Of a stretch of DNA of 64,000 nucleotides, positions 12,121 to 23,736 are shown piece by piece. Position 1 is the stretch's first letter; every line of letters starts with the position of its first letter. The stretch is from assembly GCA_013239625.1 (NCBI GenBank), contig MU053881.1:13878373-13942372 (forward strand). Reading direction: 5' to 3'. The translations under genes and the position numbers were made by a program. Below the pieces are notes generated by a model. That model saw nothing but the letters and a program-made list of their open reading frames with translations. It had not been told where the DNA came from and searched no databases. The stretch is from Lama guanicoe (taxonomy: Eukaryota).

Positions 12121-12855
12121 AAGGGAAATTTTTTTAAAAATTTTGAGACAATTGAAAATGAAAACACAATATATTCTAAAACTTATGGGATGCAGCAAAA
12201 GTGATTCTAAGAGGGAAGTTTATAAAGATTAATGTCTGCGTTAAGAAAAAGAAAATCTCAAATAAGCAACTAATTACAAATAAACAACTCAAGGATCTAG
12301 AAGATAAACTGAGCCCAAAGTTAGCAGAAGTAAGGAAATCACAAAGATCAGAGCTGACATAAGTGAAATCCATACCAGAAAAACAATAGAAACTATCAAT
12401 GAAACTAAGATGACTTTTTGAAAATATAAATGAAACTGACAAACTTTTAGCTAGACAAACTCCAAGAAAAAAGAGAAGCCTCAGATAAAATAAGAAATAA
12501 AAGAGAAGATATCGCAACTATGACTGCAGAAATACAGAGAATCATAAGAGACAGCCATGAACGATTATAGACCAACAAATGGGATAACCTAGAAGAAATA
12601 GATGAATTCTTAAAAACATACAACCTACTAAGTCATGAAGAAATTAAAAAAACGTGAACAAATTACAAATGAGAAGATTGAATCAGTAATACAAAAATCT
12701 CCAAACGCAGAGAAGCCGAGGACAAAATGGCTTCTCTGGTGAATTATACCAGACGTTTAACATAGAATTAACACCAACCCTTCTCAAATTCTTCCAGAAA
12801 ACTAAGAGAAGGAAACATTTTCAAACCCATTTTATGAGGCCGGCATTACCCTAAG
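12121..12855 (+). mobile_element. L1M fragment, ORF2 between EN and RT (decayed)
   Basis: aacttatgggatgcagcaaaag...gggaagtttata...aacctagaagaaatagatgaattct...ttttatgaggccggcattaccct. Confidence 0.88.
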
Positions 12856-12884
12856 CTCCCAAGAGGTTCTTGTACCACTCACCA

Positions 12885-13007
12885 GGAGCCCAGGAAAAGA
12901 GCAACATTCAGATTCAAAGTATGGTTTCTACTGAATGCATATTGGTTTCCCACCACCGTAAAGTCAAAAAACCACAAGTCCAACCATCACAGATTGGGGG
13001 CCATGTG
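12885..13007 (+). mobile_element. MER47/Tigger5-like TcMar fragment
   Basis: aaagtatggtttctactgaatgcatattggtttcccaccaccgtaaagtcaaaaa...aaccatc..ttgggggccatgtg followed by TA. Confidence 0.7.
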
Positions 13008-13189
13008 TACTGGTCCAGGGTCTTTTTCTGCAGTTTATAGCTTTGCTCCCTGTGTATTGAGGAATGACAAGAGAGGACTCTTCTGACACTTAAGAGAAGG
13101 TTGATGTTTGTTCCATGTCCTCAGTCCCTACAAAAGTCCCGGCCAAACCCATCACCAAGTCGTTCGAAGCCAACCATCTGGAGCCGATA

Positions 13190-13400
13190 ATAATAATATT
13201 AGATGAGTTTTATTGACACTTTGACAATCTTTCAAACCTTTAACATTCGTGATCTCGTTTATCACAATAATCCTTTGGAATAGGTACTAATATTAATCCT
13301 CTTTGGAGTTAAGGAAACTGAGGCACAGAAAGAGTAAATAATTTGCCTGGGCTGATAGAACTAGTAATTGGTCAAGCTAAGGTATACCAGAGCCCACACT
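13190..13400 (-). mobile_element. MIR SINE
   Basis: taggtactaatattaatcc...aggaaactgaggcacagaaagagtaaataatttgcc. Confidence 0.8.
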
Positions 13401-14189
13401 GTGCTGCCCATTGTGAATTCCAGAAGAAAGTTTAATAGTAAAAGCATGGAGACCCGACCAGGCAATTGCACAAAAACTTCAAAGGATGGGCATTCCAGCA
13501 CTGGCTTTCTCACTGACGTAGCCTGTAGTCCATTTCTTGTCCCTTAACCCCTGCCTCACCCATGTCCTCACCTTCTACCTGTAAAGTGAAAGGCTTTTAT
13601 TACAGTATTTCTAGGGCTCCTCCGGAGTCCTCTTCTTTCTGCTTTTTTCCATCTGTTTGTAGGTAATCGTATTTTCATGAGTTGGTTAATATAGTTTGTG
13701 TTACTGCCTGCCAGTCTCCTCACTGGCCATCGCCACCGAGTTTTCTCTACCCCAGAGTTCCTTAGACAGTTCTCAGCTGGCTTACAGGGTTTTCAAGAAA
13801 CATCAGCTCGGCTGATAGCTTGGCAATTAACTCATCCTGCTAGCACACTCTCGGTGTTAAAGCGCTAAATGGCAGAGGGTGTTTATCACATGTCAGGCTG
13901 ACAGCCTCCTGCTGTTGGCTTTGATTTGCTAAATACCTGCAAAAGATTTGGTGCCTGGAACACCTGGTCTGCGGAGCGGGCTACACCGTGGGGCTGCAGG
14001 CAGTCTCTCTAGAAGACCCGCGTGCTCTCCTGGGTACGCCGCCCATCCCTCTGCTTTCCAGGAAAAAGGGGAAGAGAAAGGGGCAGAACCTCAAATGAAC
14101 TGGGACAGACCTTAGTCTGGAGTGAAACCAACTCAGCTCAACCAAGGGAGGTGGGAACCCACTCCCATCCCTCTGCCCTGGCTGATGCT

Positions 14190-14355
14190 ATAGTGATACA
14201 GTTATGGTGTGCTTATTACTGCGTCCCCGGATTGATGCCAATCACCTGTACAAACATATTTAATCTTTACAGCACCCCAGGAGTTTAAATAACTTGACCC
14301 TAGTCATCCAGCATGCGGGTAGTAAAGCAGAATTGGGTTGCCAGGTTCAAGTCTC
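14190..14355 (-). mobile_element. MIR SINE fragment
   Basis: gtgcttattactgcgtcc...atttaatctttacagcaccc...taaataacttgaccctagtca. Confidence 0.5.
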
Positions 14356-14744
14356 ACCTCAGTCTGAGAATTTACCATTAGGTCTCCCCATCCCTTCCCA
14401 CTGCCCTGTTCTCCACACCCCAAGCATCACAATGCATTCTGAAAGGTTGTAATAACGAGCTGGGGAGCAAAATGCTTTCTGCGCTGTTTTTTCTTCGCAG
14501 TTATGTAATCCCACTGCTTGATTAAGGCACAATAGTCCTGAACCAAGGTGTGAAGATGCAACTTTGACAGTAGTAAAAAGAGGTTTGAGTGGCCAATCAC
14601 AGCTTTCTTTTGAGAATCTCCTCTGTCTCTTGCTGACTCTGGCTCCATTCAGTCCCAGCCTTTGAATCTGGATGTTGAAAGGAAGGTCACAGTCAATGGG
14701 TTCAGTGAGACAGAGTATTTTTTGAGGAAGAAAAAAAAAAAGTC

Positions 14745-14900
14745 CAAACTAGGTACCACTGCTAGTACTTACAGTTGGTTGGGGTCAGACATACCTGAAT
14801 GAGAATCTTGGGTTTTGAATTTACAAACCACTCATGTAACATGGAGGTAGAACAGTACTTATTTCAGAGGCTTGTATGAAGATTCACATGTAAACTTCAC
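14745..14900 (+). mobile_element. MIR SINE fragment
   Basis: ggtcagacatacctg..tgagaatcttgg...catgtaacatggagg.agaacagtacttatttcagaggcttgtatgaagatt. Confidence 0.5.
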
Positions 14901-14932
14901 AGGGGAGAGGAGGCAGGGGATTGTGAGAATGC

Positions 14933-15821
14933 TTTTTTGCTTTTTAGATTCCACATATGAGCGATCTCATATGGTATTTTTCTTTCTCTTTCTGGCTTAC
15001 TTCATTTAGAATGAAATTCTCCAGGAGCATCCACGTTGCTGCAAATGGCATTATGTTGTCTGTTTTTATGGCTGAGTAGTATTCCATTGTATAAGTATAC
15101 CACATCTTCTTTATCCAGTCACCTGTTGATGGACATTTAGGCTGTTTCCATGTTTTGGCTATTGTCAATAGTGCTGCTATGAACATTGGGGTGCAGGTGT
15201 CATCCTGAAGTAGATTTCCTTCTGGATACAAGCCCAGGAGTGGGATTCCTGGGTCATATGGTAAGTCTATTCCTAGTCTTTTGAGGAATCTCCACACTGT
15301 TTTCCATAGTGGCTGCACCAAACTGCATTCCCACCAGCAGTGTAGGAGGGTTCCCCTTTCTCCACAGCCTCTCCAGCATTTGTCATTTTTGGATTTTTGA
15401 ATGACGGCCGTTCTGACTGGTGTGAGGTGATACCTCATTGTAGTTTTGATTTGCATTTCTCTGATAATTAGTGATATGGAGCATTTTTTCATGTGCTTTT
15501 TGATCATTTGTATGTCTTCCTTGGAGAATTGCTTGTTTAGGTCTTCTGCCCATTTTTGGATTGGGTTGTTTATTTTTTTCTTACTGAGTTGTATGAGCTG
15601 CTTATATATTCTGGAGATCAAGCCTTTGTTGGTTTCACTTGCAAAAATTTTCTCCCATTCCGTAGGTTTTCTTCTTGTTTTATTTCTGGTTTCCTTTGCT
15701 GTGCAGAAGCTTGTAAGTTTCATTAGGTCCCATTTGTTTATTCTTGCTTTTATTTCTTCTAGGAGAAAATTTTTGAAATGTATGTCAGATAAAGTTTTGC
15801 CTATGTTTTCCTCTAGGAGGT
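14933..15821 (-). mobile_element. young LINE-1, non-inverted 3' arm (ORF2 C-terminus, frame intact to the stop at 14944)
   Basis: the 259-aa ORF 14944-15723 is the L1 ORF2 C-terminal cysteine-rich domain ([37 protein letters not shown]). Confidence 0.95.
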
Positions 15822-15937
15822 NNNNNNNNNNNNNNNNNNNNNNNNNNNNNNNNNNNNNNNNNNNNNNNNNNNNNNNNNNNNNNNNNNNNNNNNNNNNNNN
15901 NNNNNNNNNNNNNNNNNNNNNNNNNNNNNNNNNNNNN
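15822..15937. other. assembly gap (116 N) over the L1 inversion junction
   Basis: N run. Confidence 0.99.
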
Positions 15938-16388
15938 TACCCAGGACATATTTCACAGAACTAGAACAAATCATAATAAAATTTATATGGAACCATCAAA
16001 GACCTAGAATTGCCAAAGCATTACTGAAGAGAAAGAAAGAGGGCGGAGGAATAACTCTCCCAGGCTTCAGACAATACTACAGAGCTACAGTCATCAAGAC
16101 AGCATGGTATTGGTACCAAAACAGACATATAGACCAATGGAACAGAACAGAGAGCCCAGAAATGAACCCACAAACTTTTGGTCAACTCATCTTCGACAAA
16201 GGAGGCAAGAATATACAATGGAATAAAGACAGTCTCTTCAGCAAATGGTGTTGGGAAAACTGGACAGCAGCATGTAAAACAATGAAGCTAGAACACTCCC
16301 TTACACCATATACAAAAATCAACTCAAAGTGGATTAAAGACTTAAACATAAGACAAGATACAATAAACCTCCTAGAGGAAAACATAGG
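15938..16388 (+). mobile_element. young LINE-1, inverted 5' arm (ORF2 segment after RT)
   Basis: open frame including [34 protein letters not shown]...LLEENIG; opposite orientation to the 14933-15821 arm. Confidence 0.93.
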
Positions 16389-17539
16389 AATGCATGTGTT
16401 TTGAATCATTTTTCTGAGACTTCAAGACACTGAATAAGTCAGCCAGTGTCTGCGAGTCTGCATTCTTCGCCTGTACATGGGAATAATAGCACCACTGAGA
16501 AAACATTAAACATGCCTAGAGCAGCAAGTGCCACTGAGGACTTAGTACATTTCCCTCCGTCGACACACATTCCTATTTTAATTTCTTAATTTTTGGCCCT
16601 CACATATAAACTAGAGGACTTTTATCAAGTCGGAGAAAGGAATATTACTTCACTAGGTCGATAAGCATAAAAACCAGTCAGGAATTCAGTGGGTCTGATA
16701 TCTTTGTCGACCAGTCAGCTTCTCCCAGCTCTCCTAGTTGTGAGTTACAGACTCCAGCCACACGCACACATGTGGGTCAGGAGCAGGGCTGAGCAAAAGG
16801 GTGTAGCTGAACAGTGTCAACCTGCAGTCACGATGGCCGAAACAGCTCATGAGTGACGGTGAGCAGATCGCATCACAGCCTGATGATTGTGTGCGCGCGG
16901 AGCCATGCGATTTTCTCTCGAATTTGGTTAGCTGGAGTAAGGGACATGCCGAGGCCAAGTTTGTTCGCTGGGGACACGTGGTGGCCCACTGTGTCTGCCC
17001 TTTCCAAATCAGGGATTTGCACCGGGTCCTCAAGCTCCCATAATTGACAGAATACTTCCCACTGCTTGTCAGTGCTTTTATTCTGTTTAAATGTAAAGCT
17101 ACTTGACTTATTCTCCAATTGGGGATAGTTGCTTGTAGCTCTTCAGAAATATCAAAAAAAAAAAAAAAGGGTTCCACGCTGAGTTTATGTAAAAATGTAG
17201 TTGTAATAGCTCTTGGGAAAAGGGGCCTCAAATCTGCAGAACACATATGGAGGGTCTTTCTGTAGCCCTCTCTAAGAAGTCTATTCTGAAGAGACACAGG
17301 GACAACTGTTTCCTCCAAGAGATGTCCGCACAGACGAGGGAACTGGAAATAGGCAGATTTCTTGTTCTCAAAAGCTAACGTTCTAGGTCAAGAGAGGAAT
17401 GTGGTAGCCTCAGACCCTCTGGCACGAGAAAGCCTAGTGAGTCAGAGGCCGATACCCAGTATACAAGTGCAATAGCATACCTATAATTTGAACCCCTGAA
17501 GCATTGTAGCAAAACAGAGACATCTGCTGAAAAAAAGAC

Positions 17540-17785
17540 AAGGTGATGAGCAAAAAATAGTCCTGGGGTTAGAGTCAGAAAGACCTTGATTAAGGTCCTA
17601 GCGGTGTGAGCTGGAATAAGTCATCCAACCTCTATCAGCGTGAGCTTATTTTTCTATAAGAGGGGACACTAATGTCCACCTCAGCAGGGTTTTGTGAGGA
17701 TTAAGAGCAGGGTTTTGTGAGGCTAGACACAAAATCCCTAGACGGGTTTCTGGCACAGAGCGTGGACAAATGCATGGTGGCTGCA
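17540..17785 (+). mobile_element. MIR SINE
   Basis: agagtcagaaagacct...gtgtgagctggaataagtcatccaacctct...agggttttgtgaggattaa...tggcacagag. Confidence 0.7.
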
Positions 17786-17899
17786 CTGAGTCCTACTGGG
17801 GAAAGGGGGAATTCTTTCAAAGTGATGCAGATTTTAAAGTATGTTGTCTGTCCTCTGTGTTTAAAAGGAATGCTCAAACTTGGTTATTAAATGATACTA

Positions 17900-18110
17900 A
17901 GGCTCTTTGCTGAGCATTTACTACACAAAGGCATGAAGCCAAGTAGCCAGCATTAAGTGGTACCTTTCATTACTGCCTCCTTTTTACAGAGTAAGAAACT
18001 CAAGCTCTAGCTTTAAGTCACTTCATCAGTGACCTAGTTAGGAAGTCGCAGAGTCAGGATGGAATCCAGGTCTACCAGGAGAGCCAATGCACTCAACAAC
18101 TGTACTTTTC
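17900..18110 (-). mobile_element. MIR SINE
   Basis: ctgagcatttact...tttttacagagtaagaaactcaagct...aggaagtcgcagagtcaggatggaatccaggtct. Confidence 0.7.
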
Positions 18111-18624
18111 AGCTACACTGAATTCTTGGCTGCATGGCCTCATTTATCCCTGCGCTTTTTTTTTTTTTCCTCTTCCTGACCTCTTTTCAGTATCTTTGCT
18201 ACAGTAAAGCAGTAACTCATTTGGGATTTGTAGGTGCTCTTACGTTGAAGCTCCCACTGTACCTTGTTGGGCAAACACTTGCCTCATATCTAGTGTGAAT
18301 GAATGGTGCTATGGATGTGTTTAAACTCCTTAAAGAAGCAGAATGTCTTCAGGCATCCTCAAGAGCATCAGAAGTACTTAATTACACATGTCGGCTGAAT
18401 ACCATTGTTCTTATTCGTGCATTAAATGAAGTCACCTCAACTGGGCAAGCACGTGTCCATCCTAACTCAGTTCCGGCCTGTCTATGACACTGAGGTAGAA
18501 ATAGCCTTAGAGTGGCTGGTTTATCTCCTTCCCTTTCCTCCAAAAGACACCGGGCCCCTAGAGGTTCACAGGAGCGCTCCAGCAGTAGAAGTGGCAGTGG
18601 CAGCAACAGCCTCGGTCGTAACAG

Positions 18625-18800
18625 CAGCACTGAATGCTCAGTACGATCAGGACAGAGTGCTAGGTACTTTATTTGCACTATTTCATTTAGTTTTCACAAA
18701 TAGCTAGGAAAAAAACCAGATATTATTTCTGTCCTCAAATATAGATGAAGAAACAGAGAGGTTAGATACTTCATTCAAGGTCAGTTAGCCAAGAAGTAAT
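18625..18800 (-). mobile_element. MIR SINE
   Basis: actgaatgctcag...gtgctaggtacttt...atagatgaagaaacagagaggttagatactt..caaggtca. Confidence 0.7.
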
Positions 18801-19026
18801 GACACTAAAGTATTTACACAGTGTGTCCCACTGAGACATAAAACAGCAATTCCATCTTAAAGGCACTGTCACATTGGACTCCCTCACGCTACCTCCCGTG
18901 AGTTTGGTGGGTGACTATTTTCTGACATGTGCAAAACTGTATGAGGGAGGCAGATAAAATGATAAAACACAAAGTACAGAGAACAACGCTGAATGAGGCT
19001 CTTTGACCTTCTGTGAAGAGTTAGAG

Positions 19027-19241
19027 CAGGGATCAGCCAACTATGGCCTGTGGGCCAAATCCACTCCATCACGTGTTTTTTGTAAATAAAGTTTTATCGA
19101 AACACAATTAAGCCCCTCCCTTTATACATTGTCTGTGGCTGCTTTCAGGCAACAGCGGCACAGATGGATAGTTGCACCAACTGTATGGCCTGAAAATGCA
19201 AAAATATTATTTGTCTCTTGATAGAAAGCCTCTGACTCCTG
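19027..19241. mobile_element. MER58A hAT MITE, near full length
   Basis: cagggatcagccaactatggcctgtgggccaaatcc...tttttgtaaataaagttttatcgaaacac...tgactcctg (CAGG...CCTG ends). Confidence 0.85.
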
Positions 19242-19429
19242 GCTCAAGAGCATCACCAGTCCTGGTGATGTCCTCCATTCCTCCTGGGTCCCCTGCCAGC
19301 CTCCCACTGCTCCTCAGAGGTGACTGCTGTTCTAAATTTGGGGTGGACCATGATCTTGTTCATTAGAAAAATGTTTTAGCACAAATGTATTCTTCTGCAG
19401 CATTTTGTTGAGTTTTGCTTCCTTTTTTT

Positions 19430-20880
19430 AAAAAGGAAAATATTATTGAAGTAGACAGAAGTACACAAACCCTAAGTTTGCAGCATGCTGAATGTCTGCA
19501 GGATACCAGCAGTACTAGTGGTGGTAGACGTGGTGGTGGCAGAGGTCTACCCCCGTGTAACCTCTACCCAGCTCCACGCACAGAACTAACCCGGGCCTCA
19601 GAGCAGGCTCTCCTGCACTTCCCCAGCCCCTGTCCCTTCCTGAAAGTAAGGACGGTCATCACATCTGTTACCATCCATTAGTTTTGCCTCCTTTTTATGA
19701 AGATGAAACCATTGATTGTGTAAGCTTGTGTTTGGCTTTGGCTTCCTTGCTCAATGTTGTGTTTGTGAGAGTCCCCCTTGTGATTGTGTATAGCAGTAAT
19801 TTGTCGATTGTCATTACTCTAGTATACAGTTCTATGACTATACCACAATATTCTCAGTATTTTAAGTATCATTCAGTTGTATTTTTAATTTCCATTATGA
19901 TTTCTTTCTTTTTTTTCTGGTCTCAAGGCAAAATATTTAGAGGGTTTTCTTTAAGTTTCCTTTAGTGTTACTTATTTCTTTATCCATTTAAAAAAGTTAT
20001 TTCTAAATGCACTGTGTTGATATAATATGTTCTAAGAATGCACATATTTTGAAATTTATTGATCTTTGCTCCATGGCCTGGTATTAGGTCTACTTTATGA
20101 CTGTTCCATAAGTGCTTGAAAAAAATTATTACTCTTTAGTTGTTCGAGGCAGAGTTCTCTGTACATTTATTATATCAAGCTTGTTATGTGTGTATTCAAA
20201 TTTCTGTATCCTATAATTTTCCATCTACTTGGCTTAAAATTGAGAATGATATATTGAAGATTGATCCAATGTGCCCATGTAGTTCTGTCATGTTCTCTCT
20301 ATATGTGTGTCTATATATGCATGTACGTATAGATATAATACTTTATTGGACACATACGATTTTTAGAATTATTATATCCTCCTAGTAGTGAAACCTGTCA
20401 TTAGATCATCATTTAGTAGTGATCGACTTTATCACTCATCATGCTCTTTGTTTATCTTAAAGTACAATGTGCCTTGTAACTCAGCTTTCTCTTCCTTAAT
20501 ACTTGCCTAATTTTTTTTCCATCATTTTTCTTTCAGTCTTCCCACAGTCTAATATTTTAAATGTGCCTGTTAAATACCATAGAGTTGGATTTTAAAATTT
20601 TAATCTGATAGTCTCTGCCTCCTCCCAGTTGACAGGCATAATTCACTGTAATTGTTACTGCTAATATATTTATACTATTTTCTGCCATTTTATTTTATGC
20701 TCTTTTTCACTCCCTTTTTCCATGAATTTTTTACTATCTCCTTTACTATCAATTTTTTCTTGATTGACTAAGATAGTTATTTGTTTTCCAACTGCATTTC
20801 TCTTCTTTTACTTTTTTGGTAATTCTATACTCTATTTCTTTTCTTTTATCCTTAACATTTTACCATGAATATTTAACCTA
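19430..20880 (-). mobile_element. very old L1 (L1ME/L1M4-like) fragments
   Basis: T-rich antisense L1 signatures: tttggctttggcttccttgctcaatgttgtgtttgtgaga, tgttccataagtgcttgaaaaaaat, tttaatctgatagtctctgcc. Confidence 0.65.
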
Positions 20881-21189
20881 GAGTTTAATCAACAGAACAA
20901 AACAACAAACAAAACAAAACAAAACAAAAACAGACCAACTTTCCAGGTACCAAAATCCACTCCATTTAAGAAGCCATTAAGTTATAAATGATGATTTTTT
21001 TTGATCTGCAATAATAATATTTTAGAGTCTAAAACTTCCAAAGGAATCCCTACTATGTCCATTTTCAGGGCTCAATAGTAATAAGAACACCAGAATTTAT
21101 ATTCCTTCCTTTTCTTTTTCTTTTTAAAAATTTCAAAAGGGTTATTGGACCATAAAGGCACACTTTGATAAAGTAAAAATAAATAACCA

Positions 21190-21555
21190 CGTTGTCACAC
21201 CAGACTGGGGTTTCAGAGTGTAAGGAAGACTGAGACAAGCCCACAGTAGGCTCATATTTGGACATGACAGAGGCAGGGCCACTCTGCAGCCACAAATGAT
21301 GACAGGCATCCTCTTCTGGCTGACCTGCATGATTCTGCTGCTTCTTTACCAGTGACAACTCTAGCCCCTGTAATCTTCCCACCTCCTGGGAAGAATGCAC
21401 TCAGATACACCATCACTGCTGCTTGAGAGCTTCCAGCAGAGAACCAGCCCCAGCTTTTTTAATTTCTCCTGAGAACCATTCAGCACATGCCTAAATCCTA
21501 CAAGAAGTCCTCCCCAGCCTCCTTCCCCTTCACTAAGGTGTTCCCACAGTTTCTG
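21190..21555 (+). mobile_element. possible old ERV1 LTR (MER34/MER39-like)
   Basis: cttctttaccagtgacaactctagcccctgtaatcttcccacctcct...gcctaaatcctacaagaagtcc; recalled similarity only. Confidence 0.35.
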
Positions 21556-22450
21556 GACATTTTAGGTGACATATTACAGCACCTTTGGATTCTGTGTCTC
21601 CACACCCCCTCCCCCAAGAAGGTTACTCTTGCTGGTTTTGTCTGTTTCTTTGTTTTGTAGTTTTACTGGCTAAATCCGTGAAATCTGCCTTTTCTAGGTT
21701 GTGCAACCTCAGTCTCTGCTCAGGGTTTTTGCTCTTTCTTTCTTCCTTTTTTTTTTTCTTTCTCTCTTTTTCCTCTCTTAAAAATAATTCTTATTTTCCT
21801 CTTGAAGCCTGGTATCCCAGGATCACCATTGGATCTGCCTAAGTTAATACCAGCCAGTTAATGAACAGAGGTTGTGCTCAGGCATCTTTAGCCAGTGAGG
21901 CTCCTATCGTCTGCCAGTGAATGTGTGTGAATAAGAAAATGCATTGTAAATTCATGCCGCTTTAAAATCTGCCCCAGTGTTTACTTTCTGCTGGGTCTTT
22001 TCTAGTCTCCACTGTACACACATGCTGCCTCAGTCAGGGATGTGTGTTTTTGCAGCCACGGTTGCCACCTCCAGCTCTATTAGCCATGCATTACCTGATA
22101 ATTCACTTCCTCTGGAAACATCACTGAACTTTACCGCTTTTCCAAATCTAGTGATCTGCTTTCAAAAGTGACAGTCAAGTTTCTGGTTTCCAGACTTCCG
22201 TGCCCTGGAAGAAGCTCTATACTGATGGCAGAAATAGGCAATTTCTGGGGCAAGAACACCACCAAGTCCTGCTGTTGTTGCCCAAAGTTCACCAGTTTTT
22301 CAAACCTAAGTGCTTTTCAAATTGCTATATGCCTTCAGTTGATTCCCAGAGAGCCGAAATTGCTGTTTTTGTCAATTTTACCTAGTTTTACAGTTGCTCT
22401 TTGAGGAGAGAGGATCTGATGACCTCCTCACACAGCTGTAACCAGAAGTC
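21556..22450 (-). mobile_element. old L1M (L1M4-like) 5'UTR
   Basis: right end reads gacttctggttacagctgtgtgaggagg on the minus strand, typical of old L1 5' starts; collinear with the minus-strand L1 to its left. Confidence 0.55.
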
Positions 22451-22693
22451 CTTCCCCATTGTCCCTTCTGAAGGATGGCAAGAACACGCCCTTACTGAGC
22501 AGGATTTATCAGTTATTCCTGGAATCAGAACAGGTGCTATAGATGTCAGTGAATTCTGCTCATTTTCATTCTGTGGCCTTTAAAGAATTCCCCCAGTCTC
22601 CCCAGAACCACTCCCAGGGGTCAGGTTTAGTAGTGACCATGTTCTTGTTTATTTTGGGGACTTAAAACAAGGGAGGAATTAATGATGAAATAA

Positions 22694-22734
22694 GCGCACA
22701 CGCGTGCGCGCACACACACACACACACGCACACA
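22694..22734. repeat. (CG/CA)n alternating purine-pyrimidine repeat
   Basis: gcgcacacgcgtgcgcgcacacacacacacacacgcacaca. Confidence 0.9.
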
Positions 22735-22739
22735 AAACC

Positions 22740-22960
22740 AGCATAGTGAAGTAGTTAAAGCATGACTTTGGAATCAGGTAGATTGGGGTTCAAATCCTCA
22801 CTCCCTGCCCTTCAGAGCTAGAACCCCAGACTCTTTGAGCTTCAATAACTTCATCTGAAAAATAGGTTTACAGTGGTATCTACCTCACAGTGTCTGTGGG
22901 TCAAATGACATAGAGAAGTGAAATGCCTCTTGTCAAGGCCACAGTACAGTTATCTAAGTA
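22740..22960 (+). mobile_element. MIR SINE
   Basis: gcatagtg..gtagttaaagcatgactttggaatcagg...gggttcaaatcc...tatctacctcacag. Confidence 0.75.
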
Positions 22961-23100
22961 GATAACTATGATTTCACTATCATCTACCATGGAAAACGAG
23001 GACACGCAATCCTGAGTGTGATGACAGTGTGGTAAAGCAATAAGAGGGGGGTTTGGGGATTTGGGAGCATCTGCTGCCCTCTATACATCTGGTTTAATTT

Positions 23101-23736
23101 TTTTTTAATTGAAATACTGTCAGTTACAATGTATCAATTTCTGGTGCACAGCACAATGTCCCAATCATGCATATACATATATGTATTCATTTTCACATTT
23201 TGTTTCATTAAAGGTTGTTACAATATATTGAACTTAGTTCCCTGTGCTATACAGAAGAAACTTAAATCTATTTTTATATATAGTGGCTAACATTTGTGAA
23301 TCTCAAACTCCCAAATTTATCCTTTTTCACCCCCTTTCCCTGGTAACCATAAGATTGTTTATTATGTCTGAGTCTTTTATTGAAGCTCAGAGAGTCTGGG
23401 TTTCTAGCTTTGAGTTCATAGTGTCCTTTTTTTTTTTTCTTTTCTTTTTTTTTTAGATTCCACATATGAGTGATATCATATGGTATTTTTCTTTCTCTTT
23501 CTGGCTTACTTCACTTAGAATGACAATCTCCAGGTCCATCCATGTTGCTGCAGATGGCATTATTTTATTCTCTTTTATGGCTGAATAGTATTCCATTGTA
23601 TAAATATATCACAACTTCTTTATCCAATCATCTGTCAGTGGACATTTAAGTTGCTTCCATGTCTTGGCCATTGTAAATAGTGCTGCTGTGAGCATTGAGG
23701 TGCATATATCTTTTTGAATTAGACTTCCTTGCGGAT
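23101..23736 (-). mobile_element. young 5'-truncated LINE-1 (ORF2 end plus full 3'UTR) with TSD
   Basis: same family as the 14.9-kb copy (ttagattccacatatgag...); 19-bp TSD tatacatctggtttaattt (23082-23100) / tatatatctggtttaattt (23737-23755). Confidence 0.93.

Noticed and set aside
14944..15723. 259-aa ORF as a host gene
   Set aside because: It is the C-terminal part of L1 ORF2 in a truncated, rearranged insertion.
15446..16409. Hydrophobic ORFs antisense to L1 (15446-15964, 16182-16409; also 12176-12517 and 1584-1778)
   Set aside because: These are typical antisense shadows of A-rich L1 ORF2, and one runs through an N gap.
16734..17318. 194-aa minus-strand ORF
   Set aside because: It has a non-ATG start, crosses an A/T homopolymer (FFFFF) and shows no recognisable domain.
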